A DNA stretch of 64,000 bases from assembly GCA_963663545.1 (NCBI GenBank), contig OY760505.1:160001-224000 (forward strand), in the 5' to 3' direction. Shown one piece after another: positions 60,698 to 64,000 of the stretch. The first letter of the stretch is position 1. Each line of letters starts with the position of its first letter. The position numbers and the translations under genes were made by a program. The notes under the pieces were generated by a model, which saw only the letters and a program-made list of their open reading frames with translations, had not been told where the DNA came from and made no database searches. The DNA is from Candidatus Delongbacteria bacterium. Lineage in GTDB: Bacteria; CAIWAD01.

Positions 60698-63208
60698 TCA
60701 CGGGTGTTCCTCTTCGGTCAGTAGGTCGTCTCCATCAAGCGCCAACTTGATCGCCTCCTGTAGATCCTGTGGTTGCCAGGGCTTTGTCAATAGCGGCCCC
60801 GGAATGAACATCGAGTACTCGTCTTCCAGGATCTCCCGCGTATACCCGCTGCAGAAAAGAAGAGGAAGATCTGGGTTCCTCTCGCGAATCACCTCCGCCA
60901 CATCCAGACCGCTCAAACTAGGCAGTACTACATCCAGAATTACCAGATCCAGCTCGTCGATGTAGTGTTCAAACAGTTCCAATGCACGAAAACCGTCTTC
61001 GGCATTGATGGTGCGCCACCCCATCTGCTCCAACTGGCGGACCGCCGTGCGCCGTACAGCGTCGTCGTCTTCGACAAGCAGCAATTGGCGCTGACGTGGC
61101 AGGAGGCTTGTGCTTCCAGGCTCTAAAACAGGCTGTTCTGCAGGCGTGCTCTCTTTTTCCTCGACGTGATGCAACGGAAGATAGACAACGAAACACGCGC
61201 CCTGGCCCTGAAGGGGGCCTAATTCAATACGACCGCCGTGTCGTTGCAAAATGGCGTAGGCCGTGGCCAAGCCGAGACCGGCACCCTGTCCGCTCTCCTT
61301 CGTGCTAAAAAAGGGCTCGAAGATGCGCGTGCGCAATTCGCTTGGAACTCCCGGTCCATCATCGCTGATCATCAGACATGCGTACTCGCCAGGCTCCAAC
61401 TCACGCGCCCGGCACCACTCGCCTGCGCAAAGTTGCCGACTGGAAGTCAGTGTGATACGTCCTCCCTGCGGCATTGCATCACGCGCATTCAAGCAGAGGT
61501 TGAGCATGACCTGCTCTAGCAGGACACGATCCACGTACACCTGCAGTGGTTTGCGACATAAAGCCGGCTCAACGCGAACTCTTGCCTCCAAAAGGCGGTG
61601 CAGCATACCAATGGCCGAGTAGACGATTTCGTTCAGGTCCACGCTTTCCAGCCGGAGTTCCTGCCTTCGGCTAAAACTCAGTAGCTGCCTCACCAATCGC
61701 TGTGCGCGGTCCGTTGTATCACGAATTTCCTTCAGCAGCGGCTGTCCTGTATCACGCAAATATGGACGCAGCAGTTCGCTGGTGCCCGCGATCACCTGAA
61801 GCAAATTATTGAAGTCGTGGGCGATACCTCCCGCCAAGCGGCCAACGGCTTCCATTTTCTGCGACTGGCGCAACTCCTCCTCCATGCGCACACGTTCTCC
61901 GATGTCAACGAGGAACAGAATACCGCGGGGTTCACCCTCCATCTCGAGTACACTGAGACTCAGCTCCAGCACCGGTCCTTCTTTGCTCTGCTGCACAAGT
62001 CGGCTGATACGTGTAACACTTTCACCCTGTGCGGCTTCCTCCCAAATGGCCCTCCAATCAAGAGGCGGATTCGTGGGCAAAACGTCGGATAACTCACGTC
62101 CTAGCAGCTTGTGCATTGGTGTATTGCACAAACGACAGGCCATCTGATTGGTGTAGCGCAGCCTGAGTTCGGGATCAAGTCGTATCACAGAGATTGGAGC
62201 GTTTTCCATTGTCTCACGTGCCAGCTGCAGGCCACGTTCAGCCTGTCTTAGCTGAGTGATATCGATGGACGTACCCTGAAAACTGTGCACACGCTCGCCT
62301 TCATAGCGTGGACGAGCTCGCAGCAGCAACACACGTTTCTCGCCCGTATCACGCCGTTGAACTCGTACCTCTGTAGTAAACCCTGTGCCGTTTTCCAGGC
62401 AGTGCATGAGTTCGTGTTCCAACCGTTCCCGCTCTCCGTCAACCAACAAGGCAAGGATGGATTCCATGTCAGGGTCGTTCTCTTCGCCGGACAGTCCGAG
62501 AATAGCCTTGCCCTGGGCGTTGATGAAGTTTTCCCAGCCACCACCGGGGAGGCGGCGTCGCTCCCAGTAACCGATACCTGCAATCAGCACCGCCTCTTCC
62601 AGGCGAATGCGCATTTGCTCCAGCTCACGAACCTCTTCAAGCTGCCGGTCGATATCGCGGTTTGAGGTCACCACTTCGACATGATCGCCGTAGAAGAGCA
62701 GACGCATGGTACTCTCCAGCGTGATCCAGCGTCCATCGGCGTGTCTCACACGACCACGTACTACGAGCTTCTCATCAGAGGCACCATTTGCTTCCACCAC
62801 CCTTTTCAAGCGTTGGAGATCGTCGGGATGCATCAACTCAATGGTGGTGTACTTGAGTGCCTCGGCGACTGTGTAGCCAAGCACTGATTTTACACTTGGT
62901 GACACATACAAGATGCGGCCGTCCGGTGCGAAGCGGCAGATGAAGTCGCCGGCTACCTCCAGCGAGACTTCGTATTCACGTATCACCCGGCTCAGATCAT
63001 CAATCCGTGCAGCATCCTTTGCAGAACTTGCCCGTGTACGCAACATGGATTGTAGAGCGAGAAGCGCAAACAGCGGAAGAGTGGCCGCTGGCAAGCGCAG
63101 CCAGGGGGGCAGATTGGCTAAGAACAGCAATAACAAAGAGGCGCTCACGGCCAGCAGCCATGCCGCAAGGACGGGAGGATTGAGGTTTCCAGCACCTCGA
63201 GAAGCCAT
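60698..63208 (-). CDS. Hybrid PAS sensor histidine kinase/response regulator (CckA-like architecture)
   Basis: Two TM helices, three PAS domains, intact QKMEAVGRLAGGIAHDFNNLL H-box, NARDAMP, DDGPG, FEPFFSTK..GLGL, receiver. Confidence 0.92.
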   Translation of the reverse strand: MASRGAGNLNPPVLAAWLLAVSASLLLLFLANLPPWLRLPAATLPLFALLALQSMLRTRASSAKDAARIDDLSRVIREYEVSLEVAGDFICRFAPDGRILYVSPSVKSVLGYTVAEALKYTTIELMHPDDLQRLKRVVEANGASDEKLVVRGRVRHADGRWITLESTMRLLFYGDHVEVVTSNRDIDRQLEEVRELEQMRIRLEEAVLIAGIGYWERRRLPGGGWENFINAQGKAILGLSGEENDPDMESILALLVDGERERLEHELMHCLENGTGFTTEVRVQRRDTGEKRVLLLRARPRYEGERVHSFQGTSIDITQLRQAERGLQLARETMENAPISVIRLDPELRLRYTNQMACRLCNTPMHKLLGRELSDVLPTNPPLDWRAIWEEAAQGESVTRISRLVQQSKEGPVLELSLSVLEMEGEPRGILFLVDIGERVRMEEELRQSQKMEAVGRLAGGIAHDFNNLLQVIAGTSELLRPYLRDTGQPLLKEIRDTTDRAQRLVRQLLSFSRRQELRLESVDLNEIVYSAIGMLHRLLEARVRVEPALCRKPLQVYVDRVLLEQVMLNLCLNARDAMPQGGRITLTSSRQLCAGEWCRARELEPGEYACLMISDDGPGVPSELRTRIFEPFFSTKESGQGAGLGLATAYAILQRHGGRIELGPLQGQGACFVVYLPLHHVEEKESTPAEQPVLEPGSTSLLPRQRQLLLVEDDDAVRRTAVRQLEQMGWRTINAEDGFRALELFEHYIDELDLVILDVVLPSLSGLDVAEVIRERNPDLPLLFCSGYTREILEDEYSMFIPGPLLTKPWQPQDLQEAIKLALDGDDLLTEEEHP

Positions 63209-63262
63209 CACTCCCCCAAGGATCAAAGTGGGGCGACGCCGAAGCGCCGCCCCGCATTCGTA

Positions 63263-64000
63263 TTACAGTTCCTTGACATCCATTTCAGGCAGCTTCGCCT
63301 GTGCGATTGCCTGGGCGGAAGCAACCACACAACGACTGGCCCGTTCCGGCCTCATCACAAAGGCGGCAGCACGTCGAATATCGTCAACGCTGACATCGAT
63401 CACTGCACGACGTCGCTGCAAACGCAACTCCTGGGTGCGTCCCAGCAGCTTAGCGTGATAATCGCTGGTGGCATCGGAAACTTCCGATAGCGGGCCATCC
63501 AGCGTGCGTAACACGGCCAGCTTGGCGTTTTCCAGTAAATCATCGCTGATGCGACTCGCGGCTACCCACTCGGCGGCCCGAGCGAAGTCGTCTAATGTCG
63601 CCTCGATGCGTGGATCACGATATGACCAGCAGATCAGGTTGCCGAAGTGCAGGCGCAGCCCCACTCCATAGGCACCTCCCTCCTCGCGCACCTGGCGATG
63701 AAGCAGACCCTGCTCCAGAAGCTGGCACAGCACCATCAGCGCCGGCGTGAGCTCGTGCTCCGAAGGCGGCGCAGGCCAAGACATGAAATTGTAGGCAATC
63801 GCTGTCGCTCCGCTTAGAGCAACCTGCTGCAGTTGATGCTCGCTCGGCTTCCGGGAGAAGGAGGCTTCGCCTTCTGCGGCAAAGCCATTCACGGCTTCCG
63901 CCAGCTGACGCTTCAGCTCCTCTGCCCGGTCCTCCTCGGCGGCCAGAAAGATCCGCAGCTTTTGCTGTAACACGGCTTTCATCAGTCGCTTGAAATCATC
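63263..64000 (-). CDS. M16C (insulinase/presequence protease-like) peptidase, C-terminal part
   Basis: LHRQVREEGGAYG, WSYRDPRI..TL..F; the 5' part probably lies beyond the window end. Confidence 0.8.
   Translation of the reverse strand, partial: DDFKRLMKAVLQQKLRIFLAAEEDRAEELKRQLAEAVNGFAAEGEASFSRKPSEHQLQQVALSGATAIAYNFMSWPAPPSEHELTPALMVLCQLLEQGLLHRQVREEGGAYGVGLRLHFGNLICWSYRDPRIEATLDDFARAAEWVAASRISDDLLENAKLAVLRTLDGPLSEVSDATSDYHAKLLGRTQELRLQRRRAVIDVSVDDIRRAAAFVMRPERASRCVVASAQAIAQAKLPEMDVKEL

Larger units (their letters stand above)
142..62986. repeat. Dispersed highly iterated motif (T/C)GTATCAC, about 70 copies
   Basis: Manual scan found about 46 GTATCAC and about 25 GTGATAC on the + strand, e.g. 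142, 562, 691, 852, 5402, 8868, 18424, 18628, 19048, 24021, 48331, 48397, 48484, 51434, 51452, 53363, 61716, 61749. Confidence 0.9.

Overview
A 64-kb chromosomal window from a GC-rich (~60% by eye) diderm bacterium, most likely a non-Bacteroidetes FCB-group lineage. It combines T9SS-type cargo (a PNPFNP C-terminal domain), a PorV-family barrel, a GWxTD protein and bS22 with flagellar/chemotaxis genes (fliL, an MCP). Most of the window is housekeeping: glgB, ldcA, rimO, ftsY, nadK, xseAB, HU/IHF, an MltD-like enzyme, comF, rfaE1, rlmD, a deoxynucleoside kinase, ddl, folD, glycosyltransferases and peptidases, plus tRNA-Ala(CGC) and tRNA-Thr(TGT). Three things stand out. (1) A non-palindromic motif, (T/C)GTATCAC, occurs about 70 times by manual count, roughly one per 0.9 kb on both strands. 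It lies mostly inside genes, where it imposes rare codons, and it is nearly absent from the foreign AT-rich island. It is a candidate DNA-uptake-sequence, HIP1-like or Chi-like genome signal that I do not recognise. (2) An integron lies next to tRNA-Thr, with a frameshifted intI, an attI site, four attC sites (one unusually long) and four cassettes. The newest cassette carries two genes, one a 52-aa zinc-ribbon protein missed by the ORF track. (3) There is a hybrid kinase lacking its phospho-acceptor His, and a six-gene TonB-receptor/PorV/OB-fold surface operon of unknown substrate. All family calls come from motif recognition by eye; no searches were run.
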